A stretch of 64,000 nt of DNA from the human T2T-CHM13v2.0 reference genome, Homo sapiens. Positions 40,298 to 58,220 of this stretch are shown in pieces. The notes beneath the pieces were generated by a model, which did not search any database, was not told where the DNA came from, and worked only from the letters and a program-made list of their open reading frames with translations. Each line of letters begins with the position of its first letter. Positions within the stretch are counted from its first letter, which is position 1. The stretch is taken from assembly GCF_009914755.1 (NCBI RefSeq), contig NC_060938.1; one strand, 5' to 3'. The translations under genes and the position numbers were made by a program.

Positions 40298-42288
40298 TGA
40301 GAAAAGAGATTATTTAAAGACAGAACTTACAATTAAAAGGAAAGCAGAGTGGAAAGATTTGGAAAATCTGCAGCCTAGCCAAGTAGTAGAGAATGAGAGT
40401 ATTTTCAGCAGAGAAATACTACAGAGTGACCAAGTGACTGCTTGAGAAGATGAGTATGGGTAGAATGGAACCAGAGGCTATTCATTAGGATAATGGGAGA
40501 AGAACCTGAAAGTATCTCAGAGATCTTTCAGGCTGCCCCTCCCATCACAGTCCTAGAGCTGTGGGAGGACAAAATGGTTTCAGGGGACAAGTCATTGCCC
40601 AGCGTCACCTCCAGTCTCTGCTACCTGCATTCCCATGCAGTGTTTCTCAGCCACCTCAGCTGTGGCTCAAATGGTTCCAAGTGTGACTGCACCAGCCACT
40701 CCTGAAGGTATAGTCGTAAATCTTGATGGTATCCACCTGGTGCTAATTCTGTAGGTGCACAGAATGCAAGAGCTGTGGAGGCATGGCTTCCTCCACTTGG
40801 ATTTTAAAGGATGTCATAAATAGCCTGGGGAAACAGGCAGAGACTTGCCACAGGAGCGGAGACACCACAGAATGCCCCCACTACAGCAATGCCTAGTGGA
40901 GCTGCTGGGGCAGGATCACCCCTAAAACCCCAGACTACAACTACCAGTGTGCAATGCCAGGCTGGGAGGATTCCATGAGACTTCAACATGTGAAAAGAGC
41001 TGCTTGAGCGGAGTCCAGCAAAGCCATAGGGATGGTGCTGCCGAAGATTTGAAAGTCTAAACCTGCAGTGTTTCTAGGAGGTGGCATATGGAGTCAAAGC
41101 TTTAAGGTTTAAAGTTGTTTTCCCTTTTGAGTTTCAGAATTACTTGAGACCAGTTACTGCTTATTTTCTTTCCTCTTTCTCTCTTTTGGAATGGGAATGT
41201 CTATCCTATGCCTGTCCCACCATTATATTTTGGAAGTAGATAACTTGTTTTGATTCCACAGGCTTATAGCTGGAGGAAATTTGCATGGGATAAATTGTGC
41301 CTTGAGTCTCACCCAGATCTGATTAAAATCAGACTCTGGACTTTGGACTTTTGAAGTGGTGCTGGAATGATTAAAGATTTTGGGGATATTGGAATGGAAT
41401 AAATGTATTCTGCATGCAAGAAAGGCATAAATTTCAGGGGCCAAGGGCTGAATGCTGTGGTTTGAATGTGTTTCTCAAAATTCATGTGTTGGAAACTTAA
41501 TCCTCAAATTCACATGTTGGTGGTATTTGGAGGTAGGGCCTTTGGAAGGTAATTAGGGTCAGATAAGATCGTCAGCGTAGGGCCCCCATGATGGGACTGG
41601 CGGCTTTATAAGAAGAGAAAGAGAGAGCTGAGCTGGCAAGCTCTTACCTCTTGCCATGTGATGCCTTCCGCTATATTATGATACAGCAAAAAGGGCCCTC
41701 ACCAGATGCCAGCACTTCGTTATTGGACTTCCCAGCCTATAAAACTGTAATAAATAAATTCCTTTTCTTTATAAATTACCCAGTCTATAGTATTGTTATA
41801 GCTAACAAAAAACGGACAAATACCACAATCATTGCGCTCCTACTGTTCATTTAAAATCTATTGTTTATATGCAAGAATATATAGTATTACTGAGATGAAA
41901 GACAAACTGTTCCCAAAGCAAACTCAATGGCTCTCAATTCTTATAAACTGACTCTCAAAATGAACATGTGTAGCTGAGTCCATATTTATTGGGGACAATG
42001 TGCCTGACAGTTTTCTGAACTTTCATGTAGAATGCAGCGTTTAGAAAGCCTAAGAAATAAAAATGTGCAAACTTTTGATTTCACAGGCTCACACCTGGGG
42101 GGAATTTGCCAACTACATTATTAAAACTTAATAATGTAATTGAAGTGTACAACTATATTACTAAAACTTAACAGTAACCACAAATATTGTTTAGAACTTA
42201 GACAAACTATTTTTGTGGAGAGTATTATTTTATTCCTTACATTGTTTAGAATGATGAGCACCTGGGGATGATACAAAAAAGCAGATCC

Positions 42289-42588
42289 TTTTTTTTTTTT
42301 TTTTTTTTGAGACAGAGTCTCACTGTGTTGCCCAGGCTGGAGTGCAGTGGTGCAATCTGGGCTCACTCCAACCTCTGCCTCCTGGGTTAAGTGATTCTCG
42401 TGCCTCAGCACCCCAAGTAGCTGGGACTACAAGCATGAGCCACCACACCCAACTAATTTTTGTATTTTTAGTAGAGATGGGGTTTCGCCATGTTGGCCAG
42501 GCTGCCCTTGAACTCCTGGCCTCATGTGATCCGCCAGCCTCGGCCTCCCAAAGTGCTGGGATTACAGGTGTGAGCCACCATACTTGGC
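42289..42588 (-). mobile_element. Alu (old S)
   Basis: TSD aaaagcagat on both sides. Confidence 0.94.
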
Positions 42589-44364
42589 AAAAGCAGATTG
42601 TTTTTAAAGTTGTTGTAATATTGATTTTCCACTCTCTGAAGACAGTGCCTCATTACTTGTATGGAAGGTTCTGACTGTCACCCAGTGTGTCCGCTCCCTC
42701 CACCTTGAGTCCACCACTGCTTTGCTTTATAAAGTTGTATTTCAATATTATACTAGGTATTTTGGAGTGTAGTTTTCCAAAACCTTTTTTTTTACAGTGT
42801 ATTTTTTTTTCTCTCACGCCTCTTCTTAGTATATCAGAAATCTTTTGTTTAGTATTTCCAACTTATTAATTGTCATTCAGGAAGCTGTATACTGTTTGAT
42901 GAGAACTAGACCTATAGATAAATACTGATTTGTATTTAGCATGTATTTGTACATTTGTTTAAAAGAATAATGCCTTTTAAAAAGTAAGAATGAAAGAGAT
43001 TAAACAGAAGACTGTGGAAGCATTCCCAACAATTTTTTTTCATATGTGTTTGCATTTGCCAATCATGGAAACTAACTTATCATATCCTATCTCTCTCATG
43101 GAGGCACAAAGTAAGAATCCTTCACAAGAGAGCTCTCTTTTTCTTGTTTCTTCATCCCAGTAAATAAGTATGCATAGATTTTTTTTTATACATTTATCAG
43201 GTTTTTTTCTAGCTGGCACCCCAAACAGTGCCCAGGCAGCATGATACTATGCATGAGTCTGTTTTGATTTGACACTATTGTATTCTTTTCCTCTCTATAA
43301 AATTAATTCCTGTATAGCGTCTGAATAGGTTTTTAAAAAAATCAATTAGCTTTTACTTGGAAAATCTTTTCCTGTCTTATATAGAATAATTTTTTTTTCA
43401 TCTGTCAAGGGGGTTATTAATAAATGCCACCAGTGGGGTTAGAACATTCTCTGGTGTTTGCTTTAGGGGAACAAGGGGATTGTCGGAAATCCTAGCCAAA
43501 CTGAACCATAATTAGAGAGAAAATGTTAGCAATTAGAACTATACGTTAGGCTTTAATTTACTACCACGGAAAAGTCAAGGGTGGCATTTCTATTCCATTT
43601 TTAGGTGCAGCCAGATGGATTGCTCATTACAGGGTAATTTCCACCGACCCTCTGCACTTCTCAGGGTAACAAAGCAGCTGACAGTGCTGTGCAGCCCAGT
43701 GGCTCAGATTTTATTTTATTTTTTGTGGAGGTGGAGAGTGGGGTAGGAGGTTGAGTAGTTATCAATTTCCTACATAGTCACTGACATTACTGGGAATCTT
43801 TTTACATGCTGAATAATTTTAGGCCAAGAAAGCAGTTTGGTAACACAAGTACATCAATATAATTTACTTTTCTACCTTGCCCTACATGTGTTGGTTATAC
43901 TAGCATATTTTAGCAATCTTCACATTTTAAAGCTCCCCTCTTCAGTGTTTCTAATTTTGGTTTTTCCTAGTAACCAAAATGAGCATTTTAAGTTGCTGTT
44001 AAGAAAAGAAACTACACACAGCGTCTCACACCAAAGTAATATAGCTGTAATCTAATTCTAATCTAATTCCAGTAAAGCTTTGAAGGCCACGAGGTGATAT
44101 ATTTTTGACGATGCGGGATACACTTTATAATTTTTTCTTTTTATCTCACAATCAAATGCCATTTCTTTGTTACATGTCCTATCCAATTTTTTTTTTAATA
44201 AAATGAATTTGGTGCCAACATTGTAATGTAAGTGTATTTACTTCAGGGTTGCAACATTTTCATGGGGGAAATAAATCTACTTACTTTATATTATCATGAG
44301 TCAGAATCAGTCACAGTTTCCTTTGATTATGAAAATATAGTTGGAAGTTCCTTTATTATATTTT

Positions 44365-44710
44365 ATTTTTTTATTGAGATAAAATACAGAGAACGTAAAA
44401 TTTACCATTTTAACTGTTTTTAGGTATACAATTCAGTGGTGTTAGTACAGTCACATTGCTGTGCAAACAGCATCACCATCCATCTTCAGAACTTTTTCAT
44501 CTTCCCCAACTGAAATGTTGTATCCATTAAACAATAACTCCCCATTCTCCCCGTCTCCTTAGGGAAGTACCAGGTAAAACAGGACTCATACAATATGTGG
44601 CCTTTTGTGCCTGGTTTATTTCACTTGCATAGTGTCATCAGGGTTTATCTATGTTTTCAGTATTGCCTTCCCTTTTAAGGCTGAATAATATTCCTTTATA
44701 TATGTATCAT
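44365..44710 (-). mobile_element. L1M 3' end (L1MB-like)
   Basis: ttattgagataaaatac...aaaatttaccattttaac...ggctgaataatattcc. Confidence 0.8.
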
Positions 44711-44724
44711 AAAGGGAAAGTACC

Positions 44725-45028
<304 letters not shown>

Positions 45029-45890
45029 GAAAGGTACCTTTATTTTAAGTACTTTACACATATTTCCTAAGGCTGTAGCTCCATACTCAAGTCTTGTTTG
45101 TACTCTGCTATCTGTAGCTATTATCTGTTTAACAAAGCCTCGCTGGCCTCACCACGGTTGATGTTGCTAATAAGAAGACTTGGCATGTTTTGCCCCATGA
45201 CGAGTTTGTCAGAGGCAGTTCAGACAATGAACAAAGGAAAATATCCAATATTTCCATTAAAAATACCAGTTAGAGAGCAACCATGTAAAACTAATTTTTG
45301 AGTCATGACATGCAGAGAAAAGTAGTTAATTGTATTTTCAGGTAAATGTTAAGACAACATTACTAAAAACATTTGCATTCATAATTCATTACAGTTATCA
45401 ATGGTTGAAAAATTCAAACAACTAAGCATCTTAAATTTTCTCTTTAAGGATCAGAAAACCAGAAATATTTTCCCTGCATTCTATATTATATCAGACTTTA
45501 GCCAAAATTTTTCGTGCTTCTAATGGAAAAATCATCAACACAAAAATCCCGCACTTTTGTCAATTGAAGATATTACGGTTCCATAACAGTGTGACAAGGT
45601 ATTTATTCCTCAGAACATCCATATTATGTAAACAAAACATTAGTGAACGCTTGGTTTTTAAATGTTTAGATGCTAAAACTTTTATATTAGACTACTCTGC
45701 CTGAAGTTAAAGTTAGCCTTTCATAGGCTAAGTTACTAAAAAAAACTCTTTCCAAGAAAGGAATGAGAAAATTTTATAGAAGAAAATTTAGAATTATGGT
45801 TTAACAATCTGTTTAATATTTTTTTTTATTCATTAGAAGGGGCAAACCTGTAACTCTTCTTTTAAAAATAGTTCTATCTCAAAGATATCA

Positions 45891-46235
<345 letters not shown>

Positions 46236-47123
46236 TCACAGACTGTATTCTCTTCCCCGCTTCCTCCCCACAATTTCCTTCTTGCTTTCCACAATCATTT
46301 ATTAAATGAGAGCTTAGTATGTGGCAGGTGGGACATTTGGAGATTCAGAGATTAATATGACATGTTTACTGCCTTGGAGGAGCCCCCTGTAGGTACAGGT
46401 GTGTCTGGTAGGTTTTTAATTGTGTGTCCTCTCTAATCTACTGCAACTAAGTTCATGGAGTACTGAGTTGGTAAGAAAGGGTACCAAGATCTATTAGTGA
46501 TTTCTACCTACGGCCTGGCCTGTAGACAGAATAGTTGACACACGTGTCGTGTCTTTGCCAACCCTTAGTCCAAGACAGCCACAGCTTTTTCCAACTCCAT
46601 TTTTTTTTCTATCCGGTCTCTAAAGTTGAGAACTTTAAAGGATGCTTTAACTATCACTCTAGAACACTTCACCTTATATTTCCACCAAGTGCCTACCCAA
46701 TCAATCCCTAAATCATGTTCACCATTACCAATTAATTTTTCTCTCTCTTTTTTTTCTAGGCTACCAAGTCATGATGGAGAAAAACGTGAAACCACTGATT
46801 CAGTTCATTGCAAATTCATTCTACCAAACCTTACCTGGCTCTTGTTGCTGCTTGGTAGTCCTTTTATTAATCTCTTGGAGACTCACTGATTAGTTTCCTC
46901 CATTGATCATCTAAAAGCTTTTTTCATATTTTTGAAACTCACTGTTTGATCTCCCCTTCCCCTTGTACTCGGAAGATGATCTTGCTTTCTGCTTTACTGA
47001 GAAGTTCAAGGTTATCTGCAATCTCCTTCAACTTTTCACTCCTATCCTATTTTCTATTTTCCTTCATCTCTTGCTTCCTCTGCTCTTTTGTTTTAGGGAA
47101 AGAAACAGTCCCTTTATTTCTAG

Positions 47124-47462
<339 letters not shown>

Positions 47463-47884
47463 TAAATTGTACCTTCTGTTCCTTAAAAATCCTAAAATCC
47501 CTTGTTGTAGGTTCTTTAATTTTGAGAAAGTAATAAATAAAGCACAGAGATTAATAAGACAAATATGCTTGTTTGCAAAACCCAGAATTGACTGTTAATA
47601 TTATCATACACTGGCTTATCCTTTTTCTAATAAAAAAGTTTCAGATAAAGTTGAAGTTCCCCTTGACCTACCTTTTCAGTCCTGTTGCCTGCATTCCCTC
47701 CCTCAAAGCAACCCTATATAATATCGGCATGTATTCTTTGAGGTCATTAAAGAATACATTTATGTGCCCATATACATAATAATGTGTGTGATTGTTTAGT
47801 GGGTAATTTAAGAATTTACATATTTAATATTCACAGTCTATTTTGTGATGTTTCTGTCTTCTATCCATGCTAGTATATGTAGAG

Positions 47885-48469
<585 letters not shown>

Positions 48470-49459
48470 TGAGTTAATATCATTCATTTTTAACTGCTGT
48501 GTAGTAATCAACTGTATGAATATTCCACATATCACATTTTATTTATTCATTCTCCCACCAGTAGACAATGTGTGCTTTCCTAATTTCCATGCTTCTTATT
48601 ACAAATATTGTTGTGGAACAGCCTTGTACAAGTCTCCTGTGCCTATGTTTGAGTTGTATCAGAGTTGGAATTGCTGCTTGTCACAAATAAACTTTAAACT
48701 AGATTTAGCCAAATTGCTTTTCAAAGTTTTCTGGTTTTAAAACATGTTCAAGAATTTCTCTCCATATTTTTTTCCCTTTGAGTGTTCTATACCCTGAAAC
48801 AATAGTTTTATTCTTTCTATCAGTGTTTTAACTTTTCAAGATGATAATCTATGGCCTTAGGATCTTCATGCCTGATGCTTGAAAGAACTAACCTTTGACT
48901 TTTAAGTGATATTAGCCAACCTCCCCTTATAAAGATAATTAATGTATAAATACATATGTGTATCTGAGAAAACTATCACTTTGATCATAAAATTATTTAA
49001 ACAAAATTTGACTACTATAATGTTGCTTTTATGTAACTAATTGCAAACCATTTTGTTCTATAACTACTTAACTATATATCTTTATAAATAAATTTTAAGA
49101 TCTTCAAGGGCATAGTTTGTGTCTTACTCAACTTCTTATGTCCATAGCACCTAGAACGTAATAAATGGCACATGTATATGGAAAAATTATAACAATTTAT
49201 ATTTACAATTTCTTTTCACTTCATAATAAAAAGTATTTAATTTTTTTTAAGAAGTAAATTTCAGAAGATCATCTTAAGTGGATGTTCTGTACTTTAGCTG
49301 GTGGTCTTCAGTCTGCCACACATGTAACCCTCAGAGGTATGGAAGATGTTTCAAGGAGTACCCAGTCATACAAAGTTTTCAGGGAGCCAGTTTGCAGTTG
49401 ATCCTCAACTTCCATGTTTACCCTTTCACACATTTACTGATTTTCTTTTTTCTTTTTCT

Positions 49460-50480
<1,021 letters not shown>

Positions 50481-50616
50481 CAATACTTATTTTTATAAAG
50501 ATAATAGTAAATATTTATTTTATAAAGATATAATTGTTTTATTTTTATAAAGAAATCCTGGAAGGATAGCAAAAAAAAAAAAATCTAATAATAATGGTTC
50601 CTTAAAGAGGTAAGTG

Positions 50617-50907
50617 TAGGGTGACCAACCATTCTGTTTTGGCTGGGACCATCCCAGTTTGTTTGTTTGTTTGTTTGTTTTGTTTTGTTTTGTTTTGTTT
50701 GTTTTGAGACAGGATCTCACTATATTTTCCAGGCTGGAGTGCAGTGAAGCAATTATAGCTCATTGCAGCCTTGAACTCCTAGGCTCCAACAATCCTCTGA
50801 CCTCAGCCTCCCAAGTAGTTGGGACTACAGGTACCACACCTGGCTTTTGTCCCAGTTTTAACACTAAAAGTCCTGCATCCCTGGCATCAGGACCATTGGT
50901 CACCATG
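50617..50907. mobile_element. MER81-like hAT-Blackjack MITE containing an Alu monomer
   Basis: Inverted termini tagggtgaccaa ... ttggtcaccat; antisense Alu right monomer at 50661-50845 flanked by TSD tcccagttt. Confidence 0.7.
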
Positions 50908-51146
50908 GCAAAGGAGAGAGACACAGAGATGGGAGTAACATCTGTCAAGGCGTACCTTTTTGTATCATTTTTATTTTTGAACCAGGTGAATGTATTACTA
51001 CAGAAAACACTTTCAAGAACATTTTATTACAGAAAATAGCAAACATATCCAAATAGAATAATCTAATGAACCTCCACATACCAATCACTCACCCTCAACA
51101 ATGATCAGCTAATGGCCAGTCATGGGAGAGGGGACACCCACCTTCA

Positions 51147-51318
51147 CTTATTATTATTATTAGTTTTGAGTCAGGGTCTCACTCTGTTGCCAAGACTGGA
51201 GTGCAGTAGGGCGCTCATAGCTCACTGCAGCCGAACTCCTGGACTCAAACGATCCTCCTGCCTCAGCCTCCAAGTAGCTGGGACTATAGGCACCCGCCAC
51301 CATGCCTGGCTAATTTTA
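51147..51318 (-). mobile_element. Alu right monomer (FRAM/AluJ fragment)
   Basis: gagtcagggtctcactctgttgcc...ccaccatgcctggctaatt. Confidence 0.85.
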
Positions 51319-51474
51319 GCCACTTATTATTTGGAAGCAAATCCAATAATACCATTATCACAATTACACATTAACAATACTTTTTAAATATAAAACATAT
51401 TTAGTCAGTATTAAATTTCAACAGTTTGTTTATGTGAATGAAGATACAAGTAAGGTCCACACATAGGGACCAGG

Positions 51475-51912
51475 TGTATTAGTCAGGGTTCTCCAGAGAA
51501 ACAGAATCAATAAGGAATGTGTGTGTGTTTGTGTACAGAGAGAGAATTGACTCATGTAATTATGGGAGCTGGCAAGGTAGGCTGGCAGGATGGAAACCTA
51601 GGGAAGACTTGATGTTGCAACTCAAGTGCAAAGGCAATCTGGAAACAGAATTCCCCCTTCTTTGGAGGACCTCAGTCTTTTCTCTTAAGGTCTTCAACTG
51701 ATTGGAGGAGGCCCACCCAAACATACTTTTACTTTACTCAAAATCTGCTGATTTAAATGTTAATTTCACTTTAATATGTCAATTATACCTCAATAAATTT
51801 GGGGAAAAAATAAAGAATAAAAATACCTTCACAGCAATATGTAGACTAGTGTTTGACCAACTATCTGGATATCATGGTCTAGCCAAATTGACACATAAAA
51901 TTAACCATCACA
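51475..51912 (-). mobile_element. MLT2 (ERVL) solo LTR
   Basis: tgtattagtcagggttctccagagaaacagaa ... gacacataaaattaaccatcaca; TSD ccagg / ctagg. Confidence 0.88.
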
Positions 51913-51916
51913 CTAG

Positions 51917-52214
<298 letters not shown>

Positions 52215-52351
52215 TTAAATCTCTTTTAATTATGGATTTCCCCAGCCATCTTCCTGTCTCTCTTTTCTTCTTGTAATTTATCTGTTGAAGAAGCTGAGTC
52301 TTTAGCTGTATTTTTTGTTTTTGTTTTTCTAATTGTATCTTCATGGTATAG

Positions 52352-52649
52352 TTTTGTTTTTGTTTTTTGAGATAGGGTCTCATTCATGCCCAGGCTGGAG
52401 TGCAGAGGCATAATCATAGTTCACTGTAACCTGGAACTCCTGGGCTCAAGCAATCCTCCTGCCTCAGCCTCCTAAGTAGCTGGGACTACAGTTGTGCGCC
52501 ATCATGCCCAGCTAATTTTTGTATTTTTTGTAGAGACGGGGGCCTTGTTATGTTGCGTAGGCTGGCCTGGAGCTCTGAGCTCAAGCGATCCCCCCACCTC
52601 AGCCTCCCAAAGTGTTGGGATTACAGATATAAGTCACCATGCCCAGCCT
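52352..52649 (-). mobile_element. AluJ
   Basis: Antisense dimer, J diagnostics. Confidence 0.92.
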
Positions 52650-53039
52650 GGAATACTTTCAAAAGAACACATTCTCCTAATGCAGTCTTTGGTTCAACCA
52701 GTGTTACAGCATGTGTAGGAAAGTCAGGTTTAATGCTTGTTTATTTCACTTTATTTACCAGCTTTCAACTAATGAGTTTGTTGACCAGCATCCTCTAACA
52801 GCGACCAGTTGGTTTGTTTTAATAGCATTATGAATTCATGAGTTTAAACACCACTATACAAATGAGAATTTAAAAACATTTGATGGGTTTCAAGCCGTAT
52901 CTTTATTGATGCTCAGATTGTTCCATCCTTGGCAAGAAGGAGTATCTCTCAGTTGGCTCCTCGATCTTTTTCACATGCCCTTAATAATCCTGGATATTTT
53001 CCTTCCTATTTGATAAGATGACAAGATATTCCAAGCTAA

Positions 53040-53543
<504 letters not shown>

Positions 53544-54428
53544 AATCTGTACATTTTCTGCTTCAGAGTTAAAACCAGCCATTTCACTGTGAAGTTGTCC
53601 TTTCTCTTAGGGAAAAACGGAATTTCAAGTCCACTGTCTGGACACTAAGGATGCTAGTTATTATTGTAAGTTATCATAAGGCTATTCTAATCCTTTTCAG
53701 TGGATGGAATCAATAATTTTTTAAGATAAAATATACAATGAGTTCATACTAATATTTCTAGTTCAAATTCACAACTATAGGTTTTGTTATTCAAACTCTT
53801 CTATCTTACATCTATATTTTCTTTTTCTTTCACTAAGAATTCTAGCTCTCAAGGACACCACAGGTGGCACCACAGATTGTCAGAATTTTCTTGTTTTCTT
53901 TATTCTACATTACACAGAATAACACTATTAAAGTTACCACTCACAATATGATTACTGCAAAGTGTTTACAGTTCTCTTTTGCTGCTCTTTTCATTCTACT
54001 GATGACTGGATATACATGTAAATTCGTTTATTTTATGTTACTTTTTATTTGTAGGGATTGTTTTTATATTTTAATTTTGTATGCCTCCCAAGACTTATCT
54101 AGAAAACAGTGTATATTCAAAGAAGCCTAGTTTTTATTTCCTTGATTCTATTCTATTCCTTCCCTCCCCTAGTAGATAACCATTTAAATAATTTTATGGC
54201 TTATCATTCCATTTTTTAATTAATAAAAGTAGATTACACATGCACGCATGCACAATCACACACAAACGCTTTTAAAAAAATACAAACATACTATAATTTC
54301 TCTACTTGGATAATATATATTTAAATTTATATTTATATTCACTATACATTCAAATAAATAAATTCAAATAAATATAAATGTAAATGTATAATTTTCTTCA
54401 CTTACCTTAAAAAATATCCTGGAGATGA

Positions 54429-54842
<414 letters not shown>

Positions 54843-54864
54843 TGATATCTCCTAAGAAGTTACT

Positions 54865-54932
54865 AGCCAGGTGCGGTGGCTCACGCCTGTAATCTCAGCA
54901 CTTTGGAGGCAAAGGCGGACAGATCACCTGAG
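54865..54932 (+). mobile_element. Alu 5' fragment (~68 nt, no tail)
   Basis: agccaggtgcggtggctcacgcctgtaatc...agatcacctgag. Confidence 0.88.
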
Positions 54933-54974
54933 TTGAGAAATTACTCATTACTCAAGCAGGAGTAAGAGGCATAC

Positions 54975-55172
54975 CCAGTAAAGTAGCTGCTAAGTACACA
55001 TGGCTATTTAAATTTAATTTTAATTAAAATAAAATAAAAAATTTAGTTTCTCAGTCACATTAACCAAGTATCAAGTACTCAACAGTCACAGATGAGAAGT
55101 GGCTACTATATTGAAGAGTGTATATTATCGAACATTTCCGTCATTGCAGAAAGTTCTATTGGGCAGAAATCA
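54975..55172 (-). mobile_element. MER3 (hAT-Charlie)
   Basis: ggctatttaaatttaa...gtggctactatattg...gaacatttccgtcattgcagaaagttctattgg. Confidence 0.8.
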
Positions 55173-55289
55173 TCTAGAAGCCATAAATATCTCTGAAAGA
55201 GGCAACACAACTCTGACTTTCATGATGCTCCTGATGAACCTTGATGATGGTAATGATGATGAAAGTTATAATAATAATAATAAACTAGT

Positions 55290-55512
55290 GCCATTTGTCT
55301 TTTACAATACAACAGGTATTGTATAAATCTCCTTTCATAAACATCTCATTTCTTCTCTCATCAACACCGTGCCATATGTATTACTTATTCTCATTCTACA
55401 ATTGAGGAAATTGAACATTCGCAGTGTTCAAGGTCACATAGTTAGTATATACCAGAGCTGGGTTCAACAGAAGTCTGACTCACTCCAAAGCTCATGCTTT
55501 AAACCACTCTAC
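55290..55512 (-). mobile_element. MIR fragment
   Basis: cattctacaattgaggaaattgaa...caaggtcacatagttagta...ctccaaagctcatgctttaaaccact. Confidence 0.7.
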
Positions 55513-55708
55513 CATACACCCTCTCTTATTAAACATCAGAGATGACATAAATTATGGAAGATGAAGTTATGGATGCAAAATAGAACCTCTCCCATCTGTG
55601 ACTGTTTTCAGCTAAAACAGCCTGATATGAGGCAACTCAAACCTTGCTTTTTGAGTTTAAGGGAATATCTTAAAAGTAATACTGACATAAAAGAAGAACG
55701 CAGTTTCA

Positions 55709-56351
<643 letters not shown>

Positions 56352-57027
56352 CCAATTTCATTTTTTAAAAGGCTCTAAACTTGTGATGAAAATGCAGCTG
56401 GCCTGAGCCATCCCTCGTTTGCAATGTTATCTATTAACATTAGACTATATAGCATAGCGATTAATGACTTGTATTCTGGTGTTAGATAGGGCTCCCTTTG
56501 CCATACACAAATTTTGTGATCCCGAACAAATTCTTTACCAGACAAATGCGTTATCTATAAAGTGAGAATAAAAGTGATACTTACCACATTGTACACCCAA
56601 AGAGTTTTTGAAAAATAATCTCCAGAACAATTAAATCAGAATATCTGGAGAGAAGGCTCAAGATCAATACTTTTTTTTTAAAAAAGATCCCCAAATGATT
56701 TTAGTGTGCATTTAGTACTGACAGTAACTTATGCTGATGGTGTTTAAGGTTACTTCCAACTCTCAGAATCTCTGATAGAAGCCCTTGGGCACAAAATCCT
56801 TCAACTTCTGGTTTCCTACCTACAAATGTTTCTTTATGGGCAACTAGCTCTTTTTCCGAAGATGAGGACTCATTTTCCTTACAAAACTGAAGGCTTCTAC
56901 CCACGCTTGTGTCCTGCCTTACTGAAGATCCAGTTCTATCAATTATCTCTGTCCCTAAGTCTTCATTCTTCTTTTCTAGGGCTTCCTTCTCCCAGCAAAA
57001 TAAATGTATTCAAGCTATTGCCATCTT

Positions 57028-57030
<3 letters not shown>

Positions 57031-57081
<51 letters not shown>

Positions 57082-57083
57082 CA
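57031..57083 (+). repeat. (CA)n microsatellite
   Basis: Seen directly. Confidence 0.96.
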
Positions 57084-57339
57084 CCACGTTTCTTGAACCT
57101 GTGTCTCCCTGACTACTGACAGATGAAGTATTGATACATGCTACAGTTCATTGTTCAGCTTCAAGAAAAAGCTGTCTTCATCTGCTGTCTTCACATCCCA
57201 GGTCTGATTTAATCTTCAGCTTACTGCAGCTTGGCACTGCTCCTGTCTCCCTGACGCTGCCCTCAGTGTTGTCATTAAGAGCCTCCTCTTTATCGTCCTC
57301 ACCTAACGAGACACTGCTAACCTCACATTCTCTCATTTA

Positions 57340-58220
57340 AAAAATAGTGTAACATTCATGACATAAAATTTGCCATGTAAACATTTTAAAATGTGTAATC
57401 CGGCAGTGTTAAACACATTCACAATATTGTACAACAATCACCCTATCTACTTCCAGGACTTTTTCATTACCACAAACGGAAACCCTGTACCCATTCAGCA
57501 GTCAGTCCTTACTCCTCATTCTCCACCAGCCTCTGACAACCACTAAGCTCTAGGGGTTTGCCTATCCTGTCTATTGTCTGTAAGACAATATGTGGCCTTT
57601 TGTATCTGACTTCTTTTACTTAGCATAATGGTTTCAAGGTTTACCCATGTTGTAGCATGTATTAGTATTTCATCCTTTTTATGGCTGAATAATATTCCAT
57701 TGTATAGATATACTACATTTTGTTTATCCATTCATCTGTTGATGGATATTTGGGCTGTTTCCATCTTTTGGCTATTGTGAATAGAGCCGCTGTGAACATT
57801 CATGTACAAGGTTTTGTCTGAACACCTGTTTTCCATTCTTATGGGTATATACCCAGGAATGGAACTGCTGGTTCATAGGGTAATTTTATGTTGAACTTAT
57901 CGGGGGAGCTGCCAAATCAGTTTCCACAGCAGCTGCATCATTTTACATTCGCACCAGCCACGAATGAAGGCTCCAGTTTCTCTACATCTTTGTTTCTTTC
58001 TCAACACTTATTATTTTTTTCTTTTTTACTTTTGAGCATCCTTAGTGGGTTTAAAGTGGTATCTTATTTATTTTGATCTGTATTTTCATAATGTCTAATG
58101 ATGTTGAGCATCTTTTCACATGGCTGTTGGCCACTCATGTCTCTTCTTTGGGGAAATGTCTATTCAAGTCATTTGCCTATTATTTAATTGGTTTTTTTGT
58201 CTTTTTGTTGTTGAGTTTCT
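57340..58220 (-). mobile_element. L1MB-like 3' region
   Basis: cataaaatttgccatgtaaacattttaaaatgtg...ggctgaataatattccattgta...ttcaagtcatttgcc. Confidence 0.85.

Larger units (their letters stand above)
39032..41824 (+). mobile_element. Complete MaLR element (MLT1A/MSTD-like): 5' LTR 39032-39394, internal region, 3' LTR 41453-41824
   Basis: Two homologous LTRs starting tg(t/c)t(a/g)tggtttgaatg; internal region starts gaatattggtaccagaagtgggg; purine-rich tract before the 3' LTR; TSD ataat / acaat. Confidence 0.9.

Noticed and set aside
43426-43440. CTCF-like gccaccagtggggtt
   Set aside because: Mismatches at key core positions; much weaker than the 27537 site.
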